Shown here: positions 21,523 through 33,900 of the stretch, piece by piece | Layout: every line of letters starts with the position of its first letter | Numbering within the stretch: position 1 is the stretch's first letter | Assembly: GCF_032191835.1 (NCBI RefSeq) | Contig: NC_083237.1 | Span: 11,532,001-11,596,000 of the forward strand | Direction of reading: 5' to 3' | DNA: 64,000 nucleotides | DNA from: Heteronotia binoei | Taxonomy: Eukaryota | Made by a program: the position numbers and the translations under genes | Notes under the pieces: generated by a model | Database searches by the model: none | Told to the model about the DNA's origin: nothing | The model's input: the letters and a program-made list of their open reading frames with translations, nothing else

Positions 21523-23616
21523 ACATTGCTGTGCAATGTCCCCAGAATGATGACATCATCCAGAAGTGACATCCTCACATAAGGGACAGTCTATGGTTTG
21601 AGGGCAAAACCTAAGGATTTTTTTTTTTTTTTAGGTTTGTAGAAAGATCCGTCTCACTCATTCACAGTTCCGGTCACCATAGTTAACTATCCTCAGATTT
21701 AGCTGACTGGGCTGTTAGCATTTAGACATCTCTCGAAGTTAGTCCTGTGCAGGCCTGTAGCTACCAGGAGCATGGGTGTCCAGGCCCCACCATTCAGACC
21801 CCTGTGGGACCTTTCAGGCCACTCCAATCAGTCCCGCATTGCCCACAAGTGGAGCGACGGAGAGCCAAGCTGCCTCCTGCTGCCAACACCACTTTCGCAC
21901 TCCTGGACTGAGGAGGAAGAGCAGCAGCTACCATCACCTTCTCCTCTCTCATTCTCACATCCCCAAACCTGCAAACAGCAGCAGTGGGGGTAGCGAAAGC
22001 AGTGAGGGAGGTGCTCATCCTCTTTCCTTCTTCGCCCTGAGGCTTCCTTCTCTCGCTCCTGAGGCAGGTGTTCTGACCCGGTACCCCTCAGCAGCTTGGT
22101 TGCCTGAGAGATGCCCCATTCTGAGCACACAGCACTGGCTGGCTGGCATGCATATGAAAGAAAGCTCCCAGCCAAAGTTCTTGCTCTGTTGGCTCTTGTT
22201 TGCACTTCTTCCCCCTTTTCTCTTTGCTCCTCCCCCTCCCGGATGAGGAAGAACTCTCAGACGCCTAAGCTCACCTGCAACCCTCTCCTCTCTCGTTCCC
22301 CCAAACCTAAAAGGAGCAGTTGCAGAGATGCGGGAAACAGTGGGAGTTGGTCAGCCTTTTCTGGGGAGGGACTCTTACAACCTTTTGCAGCTCAAGGTTT
22401 TTATTCGTCTTGCAGCCAGCTGCCCAAGTTTTTATTTTCTTTTTAAAAAACTTTTGTGATGTCATTTTGGATCCCGTATGCCCCCCACCTAAAATCTTAT
22501 CCCTTGCCCCCCCCCCCAACTAAAGTTTTCCAGCTATGGGCCTGGTTCTCTGAAAGCCCAGTTACCAAATAACTGTAAAATTAGCTTTTGCTTCAGTTAC
22601 ATTACTACTGTGCAATTCTACACTTTCACACACTAACACATACACTGACAAGTTTCCATGTTCTACCATGGGAAGATGTGAGATTCACTACAAGGAGGTA
22701 TTTAGATTTGGATGCATTCCCAGAAGATTTAGCAACTCTTGAGAGAGGGGGATTCAAAGACTCAGAAAATGTCCATCAAAATTCACAGAGGGGAACCGAA
22801 AAACAGCCAAATAGCTTCAGTTCTCATTTGGATATCAGAACAATGGCCACATAGAACACACAAGGAAAATCTATATTGTTGAGATGAAACTGACATAGCA
22901 TGGAGTTATTCTGTTTGTTGTTGTTCAGTCGCACAGTCGAGTCCGACTCTTTGCGACCCCATGGACAAAGTCACGCCATGCCCTCCTGTCTTCCACCATC
23001 CTCCGAAGTCTGCTCAAATTTGTGTTTGTTATTGGGAGCCTTCTGAACTGAGGGGCTCATCTTCCAGAGAGACATAATTGTGTTTGTGCTCTGTGGAGGA
23101 AGTACAGTGGATATCCCATGGGTCCCTTGACAAAAGATATATTCTTAGGTATGTGAATGTGCCACTTCTCAGAGGCGGCCTCAGTTTTTACTGCTGTTCC
23201 GAAAAAGTGGAGAAGTGCATCTGGAGAATCTGAAGGATGATAATTTTATAACATTTCAAAGCTTAATAACTTCAGAACCCAGTAACTGAAGAGTCTGCAA
23301 GCTAGCCTCTAGAACATACACTTAAGGAATAAATACAAATACAGCATCTAGAACAATAAGGCCAGGAAAACGGGGGGAAATCTCACTGTCCAACAGCCCA
23401 TGAAGATTTTACGTGGTAAGTGTTCTGTGAAAATCTCATATTTGGATAGTGAATTAAGGTGCATTGATTTGATACATAGCTTTAAACATCATTTATGGCA
23501 TAAGCATCTTTTGTTGTCAAAATGCACACACAAGCAGAAACCAGTAATGGTTGACCTGGGAAATGCAGCCTCCTGACATTTTGTCATATAGAAAAGTATC
23601 ATGAGAGGCTTTAGCT

Positions 23617-25525
23617 GAGGGCTGGAAGGGTGTTTGGAGTGGAGACCTTTATTCTCCCTGGTGTTTTTCACAGAAAATCAACATTTCCTATCAACTTGTA
23701 TCTCAAAACAGGTGTAATAAGAATCCAATATTCCAGTTTCTGTAACTTAAAGGATCTGTGTTAGACAAGATAAAGAAGCATGACTCTTTGAGATCTCACT
23801 AGATTTGGAAAACTGTTGTCAGTTAGGAGGTAAAGGTTATGTATTATTAGATTTATTTTGTCAACCTAAGAAAGGAATTAATGAATGAGTGGCAATGATA
23901 TAGACTGCGAGTCAAGTTCTGAAGTCTAGGACTTTACATGCCAAGGGTCAAACTTCCCATTGAGACTCTCACGCAGACAGTCTGTCTCCACTTGGACAAG
24001 CAAAAATGATGATAATATGGAAGGGGAATGCTGGTTCTGTTCTGATGAAAACACCTTCTTCTGAAATTAGCTTTGAAGATAACTGATTTCTATCCTCACA
24101 TAAGTTAATCAGAAGATTCCAACCAATATGATAAGGGAGACGGAGCACCTTTCTTTTGAGGAAAGGCTGAAGTGCCTGGATGTTTACAGTTCAGAAACGA
24201 GACAACAAAGAGGGAACATGATAAATTACGCATGGGGTGGAGTGACAAAGAGCTTTTTGTCTCCCCTCCCGATGCTCCCTCTAAATTAGTTTGCTCTGGG
24301 GCAATTTTTCCTGAGCTAAGACAAAAATGTGTGAGCCAGAGGCTTAAAAAAACCTGTGAGCTAGGTCACACTAACTTGGCTTAGAGGGAACACTGCCCCC
24401 TCTTAACATATTGAAATTTAGGGCGTCTAATGCAGATGGTGAACAGTATATTCAGGATAGACAGTATATTCAGGATAGAGGGCTGGAAGGGTGGTTGGAG
24501 TGGAGACCCTTGCCCTTTCTTCTCCCCGGTGTTTTTCACAGGAAATCACCATTTCCTATCAACTTGTATCTCAAAACAGGTGTAATAAGAATCCAATATT
24601 CCAGTTTCTATAACTTAAATGATCTGTATTAGACAAGATAAAGAAGCATGACTCTTTGAGATCTCACCAGATTTGGAAAACTGTTGTCAGTTAGGAGGTA
24701 AAGGTTATGTATTATTAGATTTACTTTGTCAACCTAAGAAAGGAATTAATGAATGAGTGGCAATGATATAGACTGCGAGTCAAGTTCTGAAGTCTAGGAC
24801 GTTTTACATGGCAAGGGTCAAACTTCCCATTGGGACTCTCACACAGACAGTCTGTCTCCACTTAGATAAGCAAAAATGATGATAATTTGAAAGGGGAATG
24901 CTGGTTCTGTACTGATGAAAACACCTTCTTCTGAAATTGGCTTTGTAGATGACTGATTTCTATCCTCACATAAGTTAATCAGAAGATTCCAACCAATATG
25001 ATAAGGGAGACGGAGCACCTTTCTTTTGAGGAAAGGCTGAAGTGCCTGGGTGTTTACAGTTCAGAAATGAGACAACAAAGAGGGAACATGATAAACTACG
25101 CGTGGGGTGGAGTGACAAAGAGATTTTTGTCTCCCTTCCCGATGCTCCCTCTAAATTAGTTTGCTCTGGGTCCATTTTTCCTGAAGTAAGACAAAAATGT
25201 GTGAGGCAGAGGCTAAAAAAACCCTGTGAGCTAGGTCATATGAAGCTGCCTTATACTGAATCAGACCCTTGGTCCATCAAAGTCAGTATTGTCTTCTCAG
25301 ACTGGCAGCGGCTCTCCAGGGTCTCAAGCTGAGGTTTTTCACACCTACTTGCCTGGACCCTTTTTGGAGATGTCGGGGATTGAACCTGGGACCTTCTGCT
25401 TACCAAGCAGATGCTCTACCACTGAGCCACCGTCCCTCTAACTTGACTTAGAGGGAACACTGCCCCCTCTGAACATATTGAAATTTAGGGCGTCTAATGC
25501 AGATGATGGACAGTATATTCAGGAT
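23617..25525 (+). repeat. ~865-bp tandem repeat, 2 units (CR1 relic plus hAT MITE relic)
   Basis: Units start gagggctggaaggg at 23617 and 24478. Confidence 0.92.
25237..25438 (-). mobile_element. Squam2-like tRNA SINE in the terminal ~865-bp unit (paralogues 34344-34545 and 48238-48440)
   Basis: Reverse complement of the 2839-3044 family; empty-site version ggtcacactaactt is seen at 24365, ~31736, ~32603 and ~33472. Confidence 0.88.
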
Positions 25526-26186
25526 GGACAAAATGAAATACAAAGATGGATTAAAATGTGGGATTTGATGCTGGAGAATGTAGCGATGGCCTCAGACACA
25601 GACAGCTTTAAAAGAGGATTAGACAGATTCATGGACTATAGGTTTATCAATGGCTGCTAGCTGTAGTAATTAAAGGGAACCTCTGCATTCAGAGGCAGTA
25701 AACATCTAAATACGAGTTCCAGGAGGCAACATCATGGGAAGCCACAGCCTCTGTGCCCTGATGCGGGACCTCCGGAACTGGTTGGCCACTGTGCGAGACA
25801 GGATGCTGGTCTTGATGGGCCATTGGCCCGAGCCGCAAGGGCTCTTAATCCGATTTCGCTATAGGAAGCCAGATCAGAAACATTCCTTGTAGATAAAGAT
25901 ATACTACAATATGATTAGCATTGCAGTACCCATTCCCATCCCTTGCAAATGATTGGCATTTCGAACACAGAAACCTATGCCTCCTATTGAATCTTGTGCT
26001 GTGTTGGGAGGAATCTGTGATGAGGACTGGTGTTCCATTCATGTTCTGTGTCCCTGTATATATCTTAATTATGTCACCTATGATCATGTTTATTCAATTG
26101 CAAAAGCAGACAGTGAAAATAGAACAGGTAACATTTCTTACCGCAAAAATTGATTACTCTGCATTATTTTTAGGAAGCTGTTCGAA

Positions 26187-27134
26187 ATGGCAAATGGGAC
26201 CAGAGTGAAGGAATTCATACTCTTGGGCTTGACTGATGACTATAAGCTTAAAATCTTGATATTTCTCCTACTGTTCAGCACATATATGTTGACCATCATG
26301 GGGAACTTACTCATTATTGCAATCACACTGGTGGACCATCGTCTCTATACCCCAATGTATTTCTTCCTACGACATGTTGCATTTGTGGAGATTGGTTACA
26401 CCACCACCATCATTCCCAAAGCATTGGCCAATATGGCTATGGGCCAGAAAACGATCTCTGTAGCTGCTTGCTTCACCCAGACTTACCTATACTTCAGCCT
26501 GGGAACTACAGAGTTCTTTCTGTTGGCAGTAATGTCTGTGGACAGGTATGTGGCTGTCTGCAACCCCCTCCGCTACTCAACCATAATGAATGATCGAATC
26601 TGTTCATTGTTAGTGCTTTGCTGTTGGATTGTAGGATTTTTGCTAATTTTTGGTCCAGCAGTTGCATTATTCCAGATGTCATTTTGTGGCTCGAATACCA
26701 TCAACCATTTTTTCTGCGACAATGGACCTTTACTCAAGCTTGTTTGTGCAGACACAGATCTAGTGGAACTCATGTCTTTCCTGTCGGCTATACTGACTCT
26801 CATTGGGTCCTTGACAGTAAATCTTGTGTCCTATGGCCATATTATTTTTAGCGTCTTGTGCATCCCGTCAACTGCAGGGAGGCAGAAGGCCTTCTCCACT
26901 TGCTCCTCGCACATCATTGTGGTCTCCATCACATACGGCAGTTGCATTTTCTTGTATGTAAAGCCAAAAGGCACAAGCAGGTTAGACTTCAGCAAGTCAG
27001 TGGCTGTCCTTAACACCATTATATCCCCTCTTCTTATACCATTCATATATTGCCTGAGGAACAAACAAGTGAAGGATGCCTTAATAGGTACCTTTAGAAA
27101 GGGACTTGTGCTCTGGAAGAATGCAAGACGATAG
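26187..27134 (+). CDS. Olfactory receptor, class II/gamma, intact (315 aa), triplicate copy 1
   Basis: Motifs LYTPMYFFL, MSVDRYVAVCNPLRY, NHFFCD, KAFSTCSSH and PLLIPFIYCLRN; NGT sequon; acceptor-like tttttag just upstream. Confidence 0.96.
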   Translation: MANGTRVKEFILLGLTDDYKLKILIFLLLFSTYMLTIMGNLLIIAITLVDHRLYTPMYFFLRHVAFVEIGYTTTIIPKALANMAMGQKTISVAACFTQTYLYFSLGTTEFFLLAVMSVDRYVAVCNPLRYSTIMNDRICSLLVLCCWIVGFLLIFGPAVALFQMSFCGSNTINHFFCDNGPLLKLVCADTDLVELMSFLSAILTLIGSLTVNLVSYGHIIFSVLCIPSTAGRQKAFSTCSSHIIVVSITYGSCIFLYVKPKGTSRLDFSKSVAVLNTIISPLLIPFIYCLRNKQVKDALIGTFRKGLVLWKNARR

Positions 27135-27270
27135 GAGACATCAACGTGAAAACTAAAGTTAATATTTCTTTATCTATGTATTTATTTGTATCAACCACCC
27201 TCCCTAATAGAACCAAACTCATGGTAGCATACAACATGTCCATATAAAATATCAAATAAAAACCGATGGG

Positions 27271-27965
27271 TGCCATAGAGCAGCCGCAGAGATTGGCCAC
27301 ACCCCATTTCCTCAAATGAAACCACGAGGGGTTGAATGAGCCTATTCAGATATGGCGCGGGAGATCTAGCCAATTGGGGAGGTGACAGACAGTCCAGGTA
27401 AAGGGGCAAACGCCATTACCGGATCAGTCTCTCCCAAAGAAAGACCATGTGAGATTAGCTAGTCGCCGGTTATGGGACTGAGCAGGAATTTTTGGGTCTC
27501 ACTCTGATTGGCCATAGAGGGGACCTTTTTTTGCCTGCTCCACATGGTCAAAGGGGGTGAGGCATAAATAGGCCTGGTGTCACTGGTTAGGCCCTGACTG
27601 GGAAGGAGGAAAAAGCACGTGTTAAAAGGATTTGGAACTGGCAAGCACCCTGAGATATCAGCTATGGATGGGGGGTCCTCAATTGAGCTGCCTAGGGGCT
27701 TGGCAGTCCGGGTAGCTTGGTTGGGGGCCTCTTTTGGGTTGGGGAAGCATACAACCGGCCCTAAGGGCCATGACGGGTAGGGTCCAGAAGTTTCCGGACC
27801 TGGCCCGAGTCGGGATGGATTTGCCCTGTCAGAAAGCTTGCTTTGCAAGCTCAAGGCAACTCATGCTTTATGATGTATGTAATAGTGCAGATCAGCTGCT
27901 GTGTAAATAAAGTCCCAGTTTAACCCATAACTTGTGTGGTGTTTCATTTGAAGGGTGGGTGGGCA
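27271..27965 (+). mobile_element. Solo-LTR-like insertion in the OR 3' flank (paralogues 36379-37125 and 50264-50944)
   Basis: TGCC...GGCA ends, internal ataaata and aataaa; absent from the older paralogous 3' flank at 38770-39110. No convincing TSD seen. Confidence 0.5.
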
Positions 27966-30900
27966 ACAGCAGTCTAACAAAAGATGACACAAAAAGGCTA
28001 ACAGAAGCACTATCTCATTGATGGAAAAGGGCAGGGAGGTGTGTCTGCCCAGGGCTTTTTTTTTAAGCTGGAATTTCTTTGCATATTAGGCTACACCCTC
28101 AGATGTAGCCAATCCTCCAAGAGCTTACAGTAGGCCCTGTAAGAAGAGCCCTGTAAGCTCTTGAAGGATTGACTACATCAGAGGGATGTAACCTAATATG
28201 CAAAGGAATTCCTGCCACAAAGAAAGCCCAGTGTGGCAAGTTGGGAGTGTTGCTGTCCTCAACCAAACATGACATCGATATGAAAATTCGACACTACTGC
28301 GGGTGGGGGTGGGATGTTAACATGTGTGACTTTCCAGGCTTTTTGAATCCCTTCCAATGTATTTGGTTCTCCTCAGGGACTAATTTTACCGCATTTCTTT
28401 GTTACATAACTTCTTTTTAAAAGACCTGTGTGGTGGACCATTCTTTGGAAGATGTTTAGAAGTGCTGTACCAACGATTAAATTACTGTGAAGGGTTGAGT
28501 CACAAAATTCTGTTAATTCCGTGAATTAACTCTTCACAGTCCTTTAGTTGTTGGTACAGCACTTCTAAGCCTTTTAAAAAATGCAGGCCATCACAACATA
28601 TGTTAGACTACTACGACATGTGGGGTTTTTTAAAAAAAAATCCAGCCTTAAGCTCAATCCGATTTGTCTCCAAATTGCTTTGAACATGAAGTGCTGATTA
28701 TGAAATGCTGAGATATTTGTAAAAGATGCCCGATGATGCGATACTGAATGTGAATTATTCAGTTTCTGAATCGGCTCTTATGGATGGCTTCTGCTAATGG
28801 GGGGGGGGGCTTCTTCCGCCTTTAGAGGACATGCTTTCATAGGTGGAAGGCTTTTTAAACTAGAGGAACACTTCATCCATAATGGAATGGATCTATGGCA
28901 TTCAAACTTATATTTGGAGCATTCATTATGTGTGCATTATTGGGCATTGTTATGATCTTTATCCGCTACATTTCAACACATGAAATCTCCAGATGCGGTC
29001 AAATAATCTAAACCAGTGGTGCAAACATGCGGCTGGGGGGCTGAATCTGGCACCCAGAGGACTTGTATCAGCTCCCCGAGCAATTGGCTGACATCTCTCG
29101 AAGTTAGTCCTGTGCAGGCCCGCAGCTACCAGGGGCATGGGTGTCCAGGTCCCACCATTCAGACCTCTATGGGACCTTTCGGGCCACTCCAATCAGTCCC
29201 GCATTGCCCACAAGTGGAGCGATGGAGAGCCAAGCTGCCTCCTGTTGCTACCACCACTTTCGCACTCCTGGACTGAGGAGGAAGAGCAGCAGCTTCCATA
29301 ACCTTCTCCTCTCTCATTTTCACATCCCCAAACCTGCAAACAGCAGCAGTGGGAGTAGCAAAAGCAGTGAGGGAGGTGCTCATTCTCTTTCCTTCTTTGC
29401 CCTGACGCTTCTTCTCTCGCTCCTGAGGCAGGTGCTCTGACCCGGTACCCCTCAGCAGCTTGGTTGCCTGAGAGATGCACCATTCTGAGCACACAGCACT
29501 GGCTGGCTGGCATGCATATGAAAGAAAGCTCCCAGCCAAAGTCCTCGGTCTGTTGGCTCTTGTTTGCACTTCTTCCCCCTTTTCTCTTTGCTCCTACCCC
29601 TCCTGGATGAGAAAGAACTCTCAGATGCCTAAGCTCACCTGCAACCCTCTCCTCTCTCGTTCCCCCAAACCTAAAAGGAGCAGTTGCAGAGATGCGGGAA
29701 ATAGTGGGATTCGGTCAGCCTTTTCTGGGGAGGGACTCTTACAACCTTTTGCAGCTCAAGGTTTTTATTTGTCTTGCAGCCAGCTGCCCAAGTTTTTATT
29801 TTCTTTTAAAAAAACTTTTGTGATGTCATTTTGGATCCCGTATGCCCCCCACCTAAAATCTTATCCCCTGCCCCCCCAACTAAAGTTTTCCAGCTATGTG
29901 CCTGGTTCTCTGAAAGCCCATTTACCAAATAACTGTAAAATTAGCTTTTGATTCAGTTACATTACTACTGTACAATTCTACACTTTCACACACTCACACA
30001 TACACTGACAAGTCTCCATGTTCTACCATGGGAAGATGTGAGATTTACTACAAGGAGGTATTTAGATTTGGATGCATTCCCAGAAGATTTAGCAACTCTT
30101 GAGAGAGGGGGATTCAAAGACTCAGAAAATGTCCATCAAAATTCACAGAGGGGAACCGAAGAACAGCCAAATAGCTTCAGTTCTCATTTGGATACCAGAA
30201 CAATGGCCACATAGAACACACAAGGAAAATCTATATCGTTGAGATGAAACTGACATAGCATGGAGTTATTCTGTTTGTTGTTGTTCAGTCGCACAGTCGA
30301 GTCCGACTCTTTGCGACCCCATGGACAAAGTCATGCCAAGCCCTCCTGTCTTCCACCATCCTCCGAAGTCTGCTCAAATTTGTGTTTGTTATTGGGAACC
30401 TTCTGACCTGAGGGGCTCATCTTCCAGAGATACATAATTGTGTTTGTGCTCTGTGGAGGAAGTACAGTGGATATCCCATGGGTCCCTTGACAAAAGATAT
30501 ATTCTTAGGTATGTGAATGTGCCACTTCTCAGAGGCGGCCTCAGTTTTTACTGCTGGTCCGAAAAAGTGGAGAACAGCATCTGGAGAATCTGAAGGATGA
30601 TAATTTTATAACATTTCAAAGCTTAATAACTTCAGAACCCAGTAACTGAAGAGTCTGCAAGCTAGCCTCTAGAACATACACTTAAGGAATAAATACAAAT
30701 ACAACATCAAGAACAATAAGGCAATAGGCCAGGAAAACAGGGGGGGAAATCTCATTGTCCAACAGCCCATGAAGATTTTACATGGTAAGTGTTCTGTGAA
30801 AATCTCATATTTGGATAGTGAATTAAGGTGCATTGATTTGATACATAGCTTTAAACATCATTTATGCCATAAACATCTTTTGTTGTCAAAATGCACACAC

Positions 30901-30985
30901 AAGCAGAAACCAGTAATGGTTGACCTGGGAAATGCAGCCTCCTGACATTTTGTCATATAGAAAAGTATCGTGAGAGGCTTTAGCT

Positions 30986-33900
30986 GAGGGCTGGAAGGGA
31001 GTTTGGAGTGGAGACCTTTCTTCTCCCCGGTGTTTTTCACAGGAAATCACCATTTCCTATCAACTTGTATCTCAAAACAGGTGTAATAAGAATCCAATAT
31101 TCCAGTTTCTGTAACTTAAATGATCTGTATTAGACAAGATAAAGAAGCATGACTCTTTGAGATCTCACCAGATTTGGAAAACTGTTGTCAGTTAGGAGGT
31201 AAAGGTTATGTATTATTAGATTTACTTTGTCAACCTAAGAAAGGAATTAATGAATGAGTGGCAATGATATAGACTGTGAGTCAAGTTCTGAAGTCTAGGA
31301 CGTTTTACATGCCAAGGGTCAAACTTCCCATTGAGACTCTCACACAAACAGTCTGTCTCCACTTAGACAAGCAAAAATGATGATAATTTGAAAGGGGAAT
31401 GCTGGTTCTGTACTGATGAAAACACCTTCTTCTGAAATTGGCTTTGTAGATGACTGATTTCTATCCTCACATAAGTTAATCAGAAGATTCCAACCAATAT
31501 GATAAGGGAGACGGAGCACCTTTCTTTTGAGGAAAGGCTGAAGTGCCTGGGTGTTTACAGTTCAGAAACGAGACAACAAAGAGGGAACATGATAAATTAC
31601 GCATGGGGTGGAGTGACAAAGAGCTTTTTGTCTCCCCTCCCGATGCTCCCTCTAAATTAGTTTGCTGTGGGGCAATTTTTCCTGAGCTAAGACAAAAATG
31701 TGTGAGCCAGAGGCTTAAAAAAACCTGTGAGCTAGGTCACACTAACTTGGCTTAGAGGGAACACTGCCCCCTCTTAACATATTGAAATTTAGGGCGTCTA
31801 ATGCAGATGATGAACAGTATATTCAGGATAGACAGTATATTCAGGATAGAGGGCTGGAAGGGTGGTTGGAGTGGAGACCCTTGCCCTTTCTTCTCCCCGG
31901 TGTTTTTCACAGGAAATCACCATTTCCTATCAACTTGTATCTCAAAACAGGTGTAATAAGAATCCAGTATTCCAGTTTCTATAACTTAAATGATCTGTAT
32001 TAGACAAGATAAAGAAGCATGACTCTTTGAGATCTCACCAGATTTGGAAAACTGTTGTCAGTTAGGAGGTAAAGGTTATGTATTATTAGATTTACTTTGT
32101 CAACCTAAGAAAGGAATTAATGAATGAGTGGCAATGATATAGACTGCGAGTCAAGTTCTGAAGTCTAGGACATTTTACATGCCAAGGGTCAAACTTCCCA
32201 TTGGGACTCTCACACAGACAGTCTGTCTCCACTTAGATAAGCAAAAATGATGATAATTTGAAAGGGGAATGCTGGTTCTGTACTGATGAAAACACCTTCT
32301 TCTGAAATTGGCTTTGTAGATGACTGATTTCTATCCTCACATAAGTTAATCAGAAGATTCCAACCAATATGATTAAGGAGACGGAGTACCTTTCTTTTGA
32401 GGAAAGGCTGAAGTGCCTGGGTGTTTACAGTTCAGAAATGAGACAACAAAGAGGGAACATGATAAATTACGCATGGGGTGGAGTGGCAGAGCTTTTTGTC
32501 CCCCCTCCCGATGCTCCCTCTATATTAGTTTGCTCTGGGGCAATTTTTCCTGAGCTAAGACAAAAATGTGTGAGCCAGAGGCTTAAAAAAACCTGTGAGC
32601 TAGGTCACACTAACTTGGCTTAGAGGGAACACTGCCCCCTCTTAACATATTGAAATTTAGGGCGTCTAATGCAGATGATGAACAGTATATTCAGGATAGA
32701 CAGTATATTCAGGATAGAGGGCTGGAAGGGTGGTTGGAGTGGAGTCCCTTGCCCTTTCTTCTCCCCGGTGTTTTTCACAGGAAATCACCATTTCCTATCA
32801 ACTTGTATCTCAAAACAGGTGTAATAAGAATCCAATATTCCAGTTTCTGTAACTTAAATGATCTGTATTAGACAAGATAAAGAAGCATGACTCTTTGAGA
32901 TCTCACCAGATTTGGAAAACTGTTGTCAGTTAGGAGGTAAAGGTTATGTATTATTAGATTTACTTTGTCAACCTAAGAAAGGAATTAATGAATGAGTGGC
33001 AATGATATAGACTGCGAGTCAAGTTCTGAAGTCTAGGACTTTACATGCCAAGGGTCAAACTTCCCATTGAGACTCTCACGCAGACAGTCTGTCTCCACTT
33101 GGACAAGCAAAAATGATGATAATATGGAAGGGGAATGCTGGTTCTGTTCTGATGAAAACACCTTCTTCTGAAATTAGCTTTGAAGATAACTGATTTCTAT
33201 CCTCACATAAGTTAATCAGAAGATTCCAACCAATATGATAAGGGAGACGGAGCACCTTTCTTTTGAGGAAAGGCTGAAGTGCCTGGGTGTTTACAGTTCA
33301 GAAACGAGACAACAAAGAGGGAACATGATAAATTACGCATGGGGTGGAGTGACAAAGAGCTTTTTGTCTCCCCTCCCGATGCTCCCTCTAAATTAGTTTG
33401 CTGTGGGGCAATTTTTCCTGAGCTAAGACAAAAATGTGTGAGCCAGAGGCTTAAAAAAACCTGTGAGCTAGGTCACACTAACTTGGCTTAGAGGGAACAC
33501 TGCCCCCTCTTAACATATTGAAATTTAGGGCGTCTAATGCAGATGATGAACAGTATATTCAGGATAGACAGTATATTCAGGATAGAGGGCTGGAAGGGTG
33601 GTTGGAGTGGAGACCCTTGCCCTTTCTTCTCCCCGGTGTTTCTCACAGGAAATCACCATTTCCTATCAACTTGTATCTCAAAACAGGTGTAATAAGAATC
33701 CAGTATTCCAGTTTCTATAACTTAAATGATCTGTATTAGACAAGATAAAGAAGCATGACTCTTTGAGATCTCACCAGATTTGGAAAACTGTTGTCAGTTA
33801 GGAGGTAAAGGTTATGTATTATTAGATTTACTTTGTCAACCTAAGAAAGGAATTAATGAATGAGTGGCAATGATATAGACTGCGAGTCAAGTTCTGAAGT

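Larger units (their letters stand above)
21726..29090 (+). repeat. OR-containing duplication unit, copy 1 (7.4 kb)
   Basis: Starts acatctctcgaagttagtcc and is repeated directly at 29091. Confidence 0.93.

Noticed and set aside
21776-22446. Repeated 100-160-aa ORFs in each duplication unit as a novel gene family
   Set aside because: Reading frames are broken differently between copies (21776 vs 29141/29475), with no motifs. The recurrence is explained by the duplication.
24172-24632. Recurrent 70-73-aa ORFs (MPGCLQF..., MKFRASN...)
   Set aside because: These are chance ORFs over CR1 and MITE relics, multiplied by the ~865-bp tandem repeat.
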